Source: Patescibacteria group bacterium
GTDB lineage: Bacteria > Patescibacteriota > Gracilibacteria > UBA4473
DNA: 64,000 nucleotides
Assembly: GCA_965660445.1 (NCBI GenBank)
Contig: CBFIAK010000002.1
Span: 64,001 to 128,000 of the forward strand
Direction: 5' to 3'
The notes beneath the pieces were generated by a model. That model was given only the letters and a program-made list of their open reading frames with translations, searched no databases and was not told where the DNA came from. A program made the position numbers and the translations under genes. Of this stretch, positions 49,269 to 58,867 are shown in pieces. The stretch's first letter is position 1; the number at the start of each line of letters is the position of its first letter.

Positions 49269-51878
49269 ATGAAGATTCTTTTTCGAAGGAATATCTGGAA
49301 GGCCTGTGTATTGTGTCTTCTATATTGTATAAATATTTTATACAAAAATACGGCTTATGAGTCGTTTTTTTGGCGTGTTAATACAAAAAGTGTGATATAT
49401 GCGAGTTATATTTTTGATAGAAATTTATCAAACTATGATACACCTGCTGGATTTTATTTTCAGTATCGTCCGAATGGAGTTGCTTGTAGTGTGGGTGAAT
49501 TTTTAGAGTACACAAATGATGCGAATGGTGATTCTACTACGGGTGATTTTGGATGGATTTGTGCTTCTGCGGGGGGTGGAAGTACTTTTTCTCTTGATGC
49601 GGCTGATGGGAGTCCAACGGATGTTGTGTATGTGGATAATGATGGAAATGTTGGGATTGGAACAACGGTCCCAAATGCTGAGCTGGATGTAGTAGGGGAT
49701 GTGATTTTTCAGAGTATGAATGCGGAGGGTTTTGTTAAAAACACAGCTACGGGACTTTTATCAGGAGGAAATACTATTGGAGGAGGGGATATATCTGGGT
49801 TTACGCAAGGATCTATTCCGTTTGCGGGGGCATCTGGGTTAATAGAAGATAATGCTGGTTTGTTTTGGGACTCGGTAAATCAGTTCTTAGGGGTGGGAAC
49901 TGCATCTCCGGGGGCTCAAATTGTTGTGGGAGATGATGTAGGAAGAAGTTTTGTGTCAGGAATTGGTGATGTTTTTATTGCGAATGATTTAGAAATTGGA
50001 GGGACTTTATATGGATCGGTCTTGGGGTTACAACTGGGGAATGATCTTGATCTTGATGGGAACCAAATGCTCAATACTCGTATAGAAAATATTGCCGTTC
50101 CTCCTGCTTGTGTAGCTGGTTGGGAAGGGCGATTATATTTTAACACCGCTAATAGCCAAACCTATGTTTGTAATGGATCGAGTTGGGTTCAGCTTGATTC
50201 AACCATTACTTCAGGAGCACTCGCGGCTGTGCAAATTCGTCGGACAACAACATTTTCACTTGCTGCTGCAGGAACTTGGTATGATGTGCCCTTTAATACA
50301 ACTGATGTTGAAAATACACCTGGAATTTTAGAACACAATAATACAAATACGGAAAGGGTAGATGTTAAAGACGATGGACTCTATCAAATTACATATCGGT
50401 TTCGAGCGAATGATGGGGGAACAACACATACTATTTTAAGTCGACTACAGCTCAATGGAGCTTCGGTTATTAATGGATCTCTTTCTGGAGAAACGAATTA
50501 TCAAAATGAGTTTGGGGTAGTGCAGGCAACAGTTTTAGCTCAACTAACAGCAAATGATTATGTAACACTGCAAGTGCAACGATCAACAAATAATCAAATA
50601 GAAGCAGATGCTTTGTTATCAGTTATAAAACTTGAGGGCGTGAAAGGGGATCCAGGGCCTGCAGGAGCAGATGGAGTAGATGGAGCTCCGGGGGGAACAA
50701 CGGTTGATATACAAGAAAATGATGTCGTCATTTCGAATGATATTGCTATTTTGAATTTTGAAGGAGCGGCATCGGTTATTGATGAAGGAGGGAATAAAGT
50801 AACCGTTACTTGGATTTCGCCATTTGCTTCAGGAGAAATGTCAGCGGTACAAGCACGAAGAACAACTACCTTTACCCTTCCCGCACTCAATACTTGGTAT
50901 GATATCCCATTAAACGTGACTGATTTAGAAAATAATACCGCCGTACTGGAACACAATAACACCAATACAGAACGTATTGATGCAAAAGAAGCAGGGCTTT
51001 ATCAGATAACCTATAGAGTGCGTGCGAATGACGGGGGTACAACCCATACGGTAAACACACGAGTACAGCTCAACGGATCAACAGTATTGGCCCCTTCGCT
51101 CGCAGGAGAAACAAACTATCAGAACGAATTTGGTACTATATTGAATACTTTTTTAGTTCAACTAAGTGCAAATGATTATTTAACACTTCAAGCACAAAGA
51201 ACGACGGCGAATCAGATAGAAGCAGAAGCTTTGTTTTCTGTAGTAAAAATGGAGGGGGTTTAAGGATCTCCTGGGCCTGCAGGGGCAGATGGAGTAGATG
51301 GTGCTCCGGGGGGAACAACGGTCGATGTGCAGCAAAGTGATTCTCTTATTGCAAGTGATATTGCTATTTTGAATTTTGAAGGGGCGTCTGTAGTAGATAA
51401 TGGGGGGAATAAGGTAACCGTTACGATGGGAGCAACGTCTCAAATATTTTATGGATATGATTCTACTGGCGGATCTGCCATTACAACTACATCAACAGTC
51501 CTGAATATTGATACGGCGCCTCTTGCTGATGCTGCGTATACGCTGACGAATGATGTAATTACCTTTAATCAAGCAGGGGTATATAGAGTTATTGCTCATA
51601 TGACAGCAGAAGCTCAGAATTCTGGTGCACAGCGATCTTCTGTGCAGTTTCGAGCTGAAAAAGATACGGGAGGAGGGTTTGTGAATGTTCCAGGGGCGTT
51701 ATGTCAGGACTATATGAGACGAGTAAATCCAAGTGATTCTTCGGTGTCGTGTAGTTTTTCGTTTTTTGATTCGTTTTCAATAGGGGATCAATTGCGTTTT
51801 TCAACTCAGTCTTTGAACTCGACGGGATCCCAAACAGTGAGTGGGGGATCGGGGGTGACTATAGAATTCATTCGTTAA
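49269..51878 (+). pseudogene. surface/adhesin-like protein (NVGIGT module, tandem 206-aa C1q/BclA-CTD-like + collagen repeats) interrupted by an in-frame TAA at 51261
   Basis: ORFs 49236-51263 and 51327-51878 share one frame. Repeat 1 has GTG-AAA-GGG (50640-50648) where repeat 2 has GTT-TAA-GGA. Confidence 0.75.
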
Positions 51879-52025
51879 AAAAGAGGAGGGTCTTTTTTAA
51901 AAAAAAGAAAAAAAATGGTTTTTTTGAGTATGGTTTTTGTGGGGAAATAAAAAAAGTCTGTTTTTTTTTGACAAAAGATGAGAAAACCATAAAAATCTGC
52001 ACGCTAAAAAATATTGTTTATTGCT

Positions 52026-52283
52026 ATGAAAGATACTCTTCATCCAGCCGTTCATCCTGTTATATTTCGAGATTTGGGAGCTCAAAAAGATTTCTTTGGA
52101 AAATCAACGTTGACTTCTGAAGAAAAAGAAAAAATAAAAGGAGTTGAATATTTTATTATTCATATGGAAGTTACTTCTGCATCTCATCCGTTTTATACAG
52201 GAAAACAGAAATTCTTGGATACGTCTGGTCGTGTGGAAAAATTCCAAAAACGAATGGAACAAGCGAAAGCAAAATCACAATAA
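52026..52283 (+). CDS. rpmE2: 50S ribosomal protein L31 type B
   Basis: MKDTLHP...VIFRD...[14 protein letters not shown]...GRVEKF; no Cys. Confidence 0.94.
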   Translation: MKDTLHPAVHPVIFRDLGAQKDFFGKSTLTSEEKEKIKGVEYFIIHMEVTSASHPFYTGKQKFLDTSGRVEKFQKRMEQAKAKSQ

Positions 52284-52310
52284 AAATAATTATTTTAATC
52301 TTTTCTTCTT

Positions 52311-52556
52311 ATGTCTAAAAAACCAGTACCGTCCAAGAAACAAGCCGTTAGTTCTACTCGTTCAAGACACGGTAAATATGTCGCATTACAAAGAAAACGA
52401 CTAGAAGAAGGAGTTGTGCTTGATACTTGTCCTACAACGGGAGAGGTAAAACGACGTCACTTTGCTTCTGAAAGTGGTTATTATAAAGGAAAAAAATTGT
52501 TTGATACCAAAGCGGATAAGCAGTCGAAAAATGTTATTCGTGAAATTCAGGCATAG
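52311..52556 (+). CDS. rpmF: 50S ribosomal protein L32
   Basis: PVPSKKQA...CPTTGEVKRRHFASESGYYKG. Confidence 0.88.
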   Translation: MSKKPVPSKKQAVSSTRSRHGKYVALQRKRLEEGVVLDTCPTTGEVKRRHFASESGYYKGKKLFDTKADKQSKNVIREIQA

Positions 52557-52595
52557 TGTTGGTGTTTCTTTTTCCATTCTCTTTTCTATCTCCGT

Positions 52596-53048
52596 ATGTC
52601 TCATAACAAAAAAGAACGTCATGAAAGCCGTGTAATGGCTGTAGAAGGACTTTTTAATTACTTACTGCGTGATGAGTACGGATCTCCTGTGAGTATAAAA
52701 GATGTGTTAGATCACGTTTTTTCTTTGCACGAAGTGAAAGGGAACGATTTTACTGAATCTTTAGTACGTATCACCCTTGATAACCTTTCAAAGATTAAGG
52801 TTGTTTTAAAAGTGTATGCTCCTGAATTCACATTTGATAAAATTGCGCCTATTAACCGATCAATTTTAATTTTAGGGTTATCAGAGTTGAAATATTTTGA
52901 TACGCCACCTATTGTGGTTATTAACGAATATATAGAAATCGCAAAAGAGTTCGGAGAAGATAAATCTGCTGGGTTTGTGAATGGTGTGCTTGATGCATTT
53001 CGGAAAAATATTGGAAAAGAACGAGAGAATGAATTAGAATCACAATAG
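52596..53048 (+). CDS. nusB: transcription antitermination factor NusB
   Basis: RHESRVMAVEGLF, INRSILILG, VVINEYIEIAKEFG..SAGFVNGVL. Confidence 0.94.
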   Translation: MSHNKKERHESRVMAVEGLFNYLLRDEYGSPVSIKDVLDHVFSLHEVKGNDFTESLVRITLDNLSKIKVVLKVYAPEFTFDKIAPINRSILILGLSELKYFDTPPIVVINEYIEIAKEFGEDKSAGFVNGVLDAFRKNIGKERENELESQ

Positions 53049-53063
53049 TTTTTTTATTTTTGC

Positions 53064-53780
53064 ATGTTTGTTTACCCTCAACCGTTGTTTGACCATATTG
53101 GTTTTACTCTTGAAAATACAGATCGCCTACAAGAGGTGTTTACTCATCGTTCTGCGGTCAATGAACATTCTGATTTTTCTTCTCATAATGAACGATTGGA
53201 GTTTTTAGGAGATGCGGTATTGGAACTCATTGCAACTGATTTTTTATTCGATCGGTTTTCGGATTTTTCAGAAGGCGATTTAACAAATATTCGTTCAGCA
53301 TTAGTGCGAGGGGATCATTTAGCAGCAATAGCACGTCGCTTGGATTTTGGGGCATATCTTATCTTATCACGTGGGGAACGACGATCTGGTGGGGCAGAAA
53401 AAGATTACTTACTAGCGAATGTATTAGAAGCTTTTATAGGGGCGGTGTATTTAGAAAAAGGTTTTATGGGAGCGTATGATTTTGTAAAACGTTTTATTCT
53501 TGTTGATGTTGATGATATTTTAGCTTCAAATACTCATATCGATGCGAAATCAGAGTTTCAAGAACTCGTACAGGAGCGGTATGGCATAACACCTTATTAT
53601 AAAGTTATTCATGAATCTGGGCTTGATCATGAAAAAACATTTGAAGTAGAAGCTTTTGTAGAAAATATTTCAGTTGGAAAAGGATCAGGTCGATCCAAAA
53701 AAGAGGCACAGTCGAAAGCAGCATTACAGGCATTGGAAACAAAAGATAAATGGATTTCTTTCTTGTCTGAGCAACAATGA
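53064..53780 (+). CDS. rnc: ribonuclease III
   Basis: HNERLEFLGDAVL, EAFIGA, dsRBD DAKSEFQE...GRSKKEAQ. Confidence 0.97.
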   Translation: MFVYPQPLFDHIGFTLENTDRLQEVFTHRSAVNEHSDFSSHNERLEFLGDAVLELIATDFLFDRFSDFSEGDLTNIRSALVRGDHLAAIARRLDFGAYLILSRGERRSGGAEKDYLLANVLEAFIGAVYLEKGFMGAYDFVKRFILVDVDDILASNTHIDAKSEFQELVQERYGITPYYKVIHESGLDHEKTFEVEAFVENISVGKGSGRSKKEAQSKAALQALETKDKWISFLSEQQ

Positions 53781-54229
53781 ATAATCTCATCTCTGTGTTG
53801 TCTGTTTTCTTCCTTGTTTTTCTGGATCAATCGGTGAAATACTTTCTCCTCTCTTGGGTGTCTGCTTTGCCGATTCAGATATTTTCATTTTTTTCACTCA
53901 AGCTTGTTCTTAATGATGGCATTGCGTTTTCTTTTCCGTTTCCTTTGCCTTTGCTTCTGCTCCTTTCATTTCTGTTTTTAGGAGTGTTATTTTTCTTTTT
54001 TTTATCAATTCATTTATGGACATTGGAGCGTATTGGTTTTTTATTTCTTTTGTCAGGTGGTATTGGCAATCTTATTGATCGGTGTTTTCGAGACGGGGTT
54101 GTTGATTTTCTGTCTTTTTTTCAGTTTCCTATTTTTAATATTGCTGATGTGTGTATTTCATTAGGAGTTTTATACTTATTTTTTTATTACGCAAAAACAG
54201 ATTGGTTGTCTCAAACACAAAAAAAGTAG
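53777..54229 (+). CDS. lspA: signal peptidase II
   Basis: LDQSVK, NDGIAFS, GGIGNLIDR, VVDF, FNIADVCI. Confidence 0.93.
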   Translation: MNNLISVLSVFFLVFLDQSVKYFLLSWVSALPIQIFSFFSLKLVLNDGIAFSFPFPLPLLLLLSFLFLGVLFFFFLSIHLWTLERIGFLFLLSGGIGNLIDRCFRDGVVDFLSFFQFPIFNIADVCISLGVLYLFFYYAKTDWLSQTQKK

Positions 54230-54252
54230 AACTATTGGGTTCTGCTTTTTTT
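54221..54252. terminator. bidirectional terminator between lspA and rpsT
   Basis: AAAAAGTAGAAC-tattgg-GTTCTGCTTTTTTT. Confidence 0.6.
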
Positions 54253-54272
54253 ACTTTTCTCTGAAAATGTTT

Positions 54273-54641
54273 TTATTTCTTTGTTGTTTTTGTCTTTTTT
54301 GTACTTGATTGAGTCGCTTTTTTTGTCTTTGGAGCAGCTTTTTTAGATTGAGTTTTTAATTCTGTTTTTGCAGTCGACGTGTGTTGAGGATTAATCATTT
54401 TTGAAAGAGCTGATTTTTTTCGAGCTCCATTGTTTTGATGTATGATGTTTTTTTTCACTGCCATATCAATTGCTTTTTGTACACTTGGAAACAATTTAAT
54501 TGCTTCATCTTGTTTTTGTGTTGTAATAAGTTTTGTAAACTCTTTGATGAGTTCTCGATATTTTCGTTTTGTGATTCGGTTTCGAATTTGTCGTGTTTCT
54601 GATTGACGTACACGTTTTATAGCTGATTTAATCAATGGCAT
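54273..54641 (-). CDS. rpsT: 30S ribosomal protein S20 with Lys-rich C-terminal extension
   Basis: MPLIKSAIKRVRQ, IDMAVKKNIIHQNNGARKKS. Confidence 0.95.
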   Translation of the reverse strand: MPLIKSAIKRVRQSETRQIRNRITKRKYRELIKEFTKLITTQKQDEAIKLFPSVQKAIDMAVKKNIIHQNNGARKKSALSKMINPQHTSTAKTELKTQSKKAAPKTKKATQSSTKKTKTTKK

Positions 54642-54689
54642 GATGGAAATATAATGAAAATAAGCCTGCGAAATGTATAGATTTTTGTT

Positions 54690-55481
54690 TTAAAAGTCAA
54701 ATTTTGTTTCTTTTTTCTTGAATATAAGTACAGAATTTATAATTTCATTCTGTGGATGAATTTCAAGAACAGGAGCGAGAAAATCTTGTTTTGGAAATGG
54801 TTTGTAGAGTATCTTTCGGCTTCCCCAACTGCTTCGAGCAAGTATATGGGCATCATTTTTTGTATACTTATGAATGCGAGATATGATATTTGTTTTTTCT
54901 TTCAGAGCACTTCCAGCAAGAGCTGCAATGTTTATAACACTATATTTTCCATAATCACTATATGCTTGAGCATCGGTATGAATGATTTTTATTTGTTCAC
55001 TCATTTTTAATATATTTATAAGTGATTGAGAAAGATGTACGGCTTCTTGTTCTTTCTCGAGTATCGTTACTGTTTGTTGATATTTTTGTGCGAGTATAAG
55101 GGCTGTAAGAGGAAGTGGTCCACCCCCAACAAATAAAAAGTTATGTTTGTGATTGTGGTGACATCCTAAAAGAGAAAACCATTCTAATTGAGTGAGTTGT
55201 TGGTAATTCTGAAAATAGGGGAATCTTTGGAGGGCTTTTTTGGGGTTTTTGTTATGTATGATTTCTTGTGCCCAGTATTTCTCAAGTTCATATTCTGCTT
55301 TGCTACATGTCTTCTGAATAAAATCGATTGTGTTAGCGGATATATTTATTTCTGTTTTCTGGTTCAGTACATACTGAACCAGATCCTGAAAGATCGTATT
55401 TACATTTTGGGAAGGTTTTAGACAGTCAAGTTTTTTTAATTTTTTGTATAAATTCTGAAGGATTTGGTCTTGTGATGTCAT
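54690..55481 (-). CDS. nicotianamine synthase family protein
   Basis: AEYELEKYWA, FPYFQNYQQLTQLE, FVGGGPLPLTAL, IAALAG, RS..G.RKILY. Confidence 0.88.
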   Translation of the reverse strand: MTSQDQILQNLYKKLKKLDCLKPSQNVNTIFQDLVQYVLNQKTEINISANTIDFIQKTCSKAEYELEKYWAQEIIHNKNPKKALQRFPYFQNYQQLTQLEWFSLLGCHHNHKHNFLFVGGGPLPLTALILAQKYQQTVTILEKEQEAVHLSQSLINILKMSEQIKIIHTDAQAYSDYGKYSVINIAALAGSALKEKTNIISRIHKYTKNDAHILARSSWGSRKILYKPFPKQDFLAPVLEIHPQNEIINSVLIFKKKETKFDF

Positions 55482-55501
55482 AACTTTGTTTCTGGAAATA
55501 G

Positions 55502-55578
55502 TGGTGTGCGATACAGGATTTGAACCTGTGACCTCCTGCGAGTCAAGCAGGCGCTCTAGCCAGCTGAGCTAATCGCAC
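55502..55578 (-). tRNA. tRNA-Val(GAC)
   Basis: GTGCGATTAGCTCAGCTGG...CCTGC-TTGACTC-GCAGG...GTTCAAATCC...CACACCA. Confidence 0.92.
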
Positions 55579-55669
55579 GTTTTTTGTGATTCTGTTTTTA
55601 TTGTTTTTAATAGGAAAAGTCAAAGTATTTTCTTTGACTTTTTGGGTTTTCTTTTATAATTTCTTTGTT

Positions 55670-56209
55670 ATGAAGATATTATTCAGTCTTGCTGTGTTGT
55701 TTCCTCTTCTTGCTGTTGCAAGTGGTGCAACATTTTCGCCTCCACGAGAGTCGGGGATAGAGACGATTACACAAGAAACACATTTGCCTTTACCAACACC
55801 TCAAACTCCACACTACATCGTTCAAGAAGGAGATCGTTTGCCGGATATTATTCAAGAACTTGGTTATCCTCCTCATGAATCATTGCAATCAGTAGATGTT
55901 GAAGTGCAAGAAGGGGATATTGTTTGGTTTGATAGTAACGAAAACTTAAGAATTACAGATGACAGAACGCCTTTTCTGGAAAATAAAGAAGGGTTTGAAT
56001 ATGATGCTTCAAATCGTTCCATTGATCGGTCTTCAGATGTGCGATCAGAAGAACGAAGCCTTTCGCCTCATTCATCACAATCATTGCCTTCTTTGCAAAA
56101 TGGTGTTGTGTATGAAGATCCATTTCCTTGGTGGATTATAGTGATTTTTGTACTGATTATGGGTGGGATTTTAGGTGGAATATTGTCTCGTAAAAAAGAA
56201 AAAAATTGA
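55670..56209 (+). CDS. membrane-anchored protein with a LysM-like segment
   Basis: Signal peptide, HYIVQEGDRLPDI, C-terminal TM + basic tail. Confidence 0.6.
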   Translation: MKILFSLAVLFPLLAVASGATFSPPRESGIETITQETHLPLPTPQTPHYIVQEGDRLPDIIQELGYPPHESLQSVDVEVQEGDIVWFDSNENLRITDDRTPFLENKEGFEYDASNRSIDRSSDVRSEERSLSPHSSQSLPSLQNGVVYEDPFPWWIIVIFVLIMGGILGGILSRKKEKN

Positions 56210-56291
56210 GTATCAAAGACGAAAAAAAGCTTGACGATACCTAAAAAAAACGTACACTCTCACTGAATTTTTATTTTTATATAGCACAGAC

Positions 56292-56555
56292 ATGCAAAAA
56301 ACAGTTAAAAAAGATACGATTAAAAAATTTCAAACACATGCAAAAGATACTGGGTCAGCTCAGGTTCAAGTTGCAGTTTTGACTCAGAAAATTAAAGATT
56401 TAACAGAACATCTTCAAACTCATAAAAAAGACGTCCATTCTCGACGTGGACTTATTGGTATGGTTGGAAAACGACGAAAATTACTTCGTTATTTGAAGAT
56501 GAATGATGCGGCTGAATATATGAAAGTCGTTCAAACACTTAATATCCGTCACTAA
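56292..56555 (+). CDS. rpsO: 30S ribosomal protein S15
   Basis: [38 protein letters not shown]. Confidence 0.97.
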   Translation: MQKTVKKDTIKKFQTHAKDTGSAQVQVAVLTQKIKDLTEHLQTHKKDVHSRRGLIGMVGKRRKLLRYLKMNDAAEYMKVVQTLNIRH

Positions 56556-56648
56556 ACAGTATGTATGAAGTATTGGGAGTAAGATTCGGTGTTTTTCTCT
56601 CACAGAAAAATCCCTTTATTTTACTCTGAGTACTTTTTATCTGTTTAG
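56552..56648 (+). promoter_or_regulatory. long stem-loop in the pnp leader (putative RNase III site)
   Basis: CTAAACAG/CTGTTTAG closing pair with inner GAAGTATTGGGAGTAA/TTACTCTGAGTACTTT. Confidence 0.55.
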
Positions 56649-56689
56649 AGTCGGGATACATTCATGTATTTCCTAACTCTTTATTACTC

Positions 56690-58798
56690 ATGAATACGGT
56701 TCACACAGTTTCTGCATCACTCGCAGATATTTCTTTGTCTCTTGAAACGGGACGATTAGCCTTGCAAGCGCAAGGTTCAGTTGTTTTAACGTACGGAGAC
56801 ACTATTATTTTGGCGGTTGCGGGTATGACCCCAACGGCAAAAGAAGGTATCGATTTTTTTCCACTCATGGTTGATTTTGAACCAAAATATTATGCCACAG
56901 GAAAAATGAAATCTTCTCGGTTTATGAAACGAGAAACTCGACCACCTGAATCAGCTATTTTAACAGCTCGTATGATTGATCGTCCGTTGCGCCCTTTGTT
57001 TCCAAAAAATATGCGTAATGATGTACAAATTATGTGTACAATGTTGCAGGGTGATGGAATTCATTCGGCAAGTGCCAGTGCTATTACGGCTTCTTCTGTA
57101 GCGTGTTTATTGGCAGGGCTTCCGATAGAAGATGCTGTTGGAGCTGTTCGCGTTGGGATGCGTGAGGATGGAAGTTTTTATTTGAATCCTACGTTTGAAG
57201 AAGCTGAAAACGGAAAACTTGATTTACTCGTCGCTGGAACAACAGATGCAATTATGATGGTAGAAGCTGGTGCAGATTTAGTATCAAATGATGTTATTCT
57301 TTCGGCGTTGCAGTTTGCGCATGAATATATTCAACAAATTTGTGATTTACAGAAACAGTTAGTCGCAAAAATAAATCCTGTTCAACAAGAACCAACACTT
57401 ATTGAACCAAATCCAATTGCCGAAAAAATGGTGGAAAGTGTTCTTTCAGATGTTGATTTTGATTCTATAGAAGGGGCTCTTAAAAAAGATATAAAAGCGC
57501 ACACCGATAGATTACAAGAAAAACTTCTTGAATCTTGCGCTCAAGCTCTTGAAAACGAAGAAATCAAAAAATCAGATCTCCTGTACTTTTTTGATAAAAA
57601 GTTTGGAGCATCATTAAAACGACGTATGTTTACTCAAAAAAAGAGAATTGATAATCGAGGAGTACAAGAAATTCGACCTTTGCATTGTGAAGTAGGTCTT
57701 TTCCCTCGAGTACATGGATCGGCATTATTTCAACGAGGGGAAACACAGTCGTTATCTCTTGCAACAATTGGAACATCTCGAGATGCACTTATATCAGATG
57801 ATCCAGATCGTAATGAAACAGAAAAATATTATATGCATCATTATAATTTCCCTCCTTATTCAGTAGGTGAAGTTCGGCCAGTTCGTGGGGTGGGGCGTCG
57901 TGAGCTCGGACATGGAGCTCTCGCTGAACGAGCTTTACGATATGTAATGCCTACGCGAGCAGAAAATTTTCCATATGCAGTCCGTGTTGTTTCTGAAATA
58001 ACAACCTGTAATGGGTCGTCATCTATGGCATCAGTGTGTGGATCAAGTCTAACACTTATGGATGCAGGAGTGCCTATTAAAAGCCCTATTGCGGGTATTG
58101 CTATGGGGCTCATGATGAACGAAGAAACAGGAGCGTATACGATTTTGAGTGATATTATGTCGTTTGAGGATTTTTGCGGTGATATGGATTTTAAAGTGAC
58201 GGGAAATGACCAAGGAATAACAGCATTACAACTTGATATTAAACTCAAAGGGCTTGATATAGCGCTCCTCAAAGAAGCACTTGATCAAGCACAAGAAGGA
58301 CGAAGAATTATCTTAGAAGCTATGAATAAGGCGTTGTCTGCACCTCGTCCGGAAATGAATCAGTATGCTCCACGTATTGAAAGTTTTTATGTGAATCCTG
58401 ATTTTATTGGACTTATTATCGGGAAAGGCGGAGAAACAATACAACAGATGTGTAAAACGTTTAATGTGACTATTGATATAGAAGATGATGGGCTTATTAT
58501 GATTGCATCAACTGATCAAGAAAACGGAAAAAAAGCAAAAGCCGCTATTGATGCTTTAGTGTATGAACCTCAAGTAGGAGATGTGTTCGAAGGAAAGGTA
58601 AAGTCACTTATGGATTTTGGAATCTTCGTTGAATATATGCCGGGAAAAGAAGCATTGGTTCATATTTCAGAAATGGATAATAAACGAGTAAATCATCCAT
58701 CAGATATGGTAAAAGAAGGGGATATGGTAATGGTGAAAATACTTGGAACCGATAAAATGCATCGAACAAAGTTGTCAATGAAAGATATTCAGAAATAA
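56690..58798 (+). CDS. pnp: polyribonucleotide nucleotidyltransferase
   Basis: ETGRLA, DFFPL, IDRPLRPLF, HGSALFQRGETQ, HHYNFPPYSVGE, GDMDFKV, KH and S1 domains. Confidence 0.97.
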   Translation: MNTVHTVSASLADISLSLETGRLALQAQGSVVLTYGDTIILAVAGMTPTAKEGIDFFPLMVDFEPKYYATGKMKSSRFMKRETRPPESAILTARMIDRPLRPLFPKNMRNDVQIMCTMLQGDGIHSASASAITASSVACLLAGLPIEDAVGAVRVGMREDGSFYLNPTFEEAENGKLDLLVAGTTDAIMMVEAGADLVSNDVILSALQFAHEYIQQICDLQKQLVAKINPVQQEPTLIEPNPIAEKMVESVLSDVDFDSIEGALKKDIKAHTDRLQEKLLESCAQALENEEIKKSDLLYFFDKKFGASLKRRMFTQKKRIDNRGVQEIRPLHCEVGLFPRVHGSALFQRGETQSLSLATIGTSRDALISDDPDRNETEKYYMHHYNFPPYSVGEVRPVRGVGRRELGHGALAERALRYVMPTRAENFPYAVRVVSEITTCNGSSSMASVCGSSLTLMDAGVPIKSPIAGIAMGLMMNEETGAYTILSDIMSFEDFCGDMDFKVTGNDQGITALQLDIKLKGLDIALLKEALDQAQEGRRIILEAMNKALSAPRPEMNQYAPRIESFYVNPDFIGLIIGKGGETIQQMCKTFNVTIDIEDDGLIMIASTDQENGKKAKAAIDALVYEPQVGDVFEGKVKSLMDFGIFVEYMPGKEALVHISEMDNKRVNHPSDMVKEGDMVMVKILGTDKMHRTKLSMKDIQK

Positions 58799-58826
58799 AA
58801 AAATAGTGTGTTTTGAATTGAAATTT

Positions 58827-58857
58827 AAAAAAATCCCGATTTATCGGGATTTTTTTT
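58827..58857. terminator. bidirectional terminator
   Basis: A7-TCCCGAT-TT-ATCGGGA-T8. Confidence 0.8.
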
Positions 58858-58867
58858 GAGATCAGTG

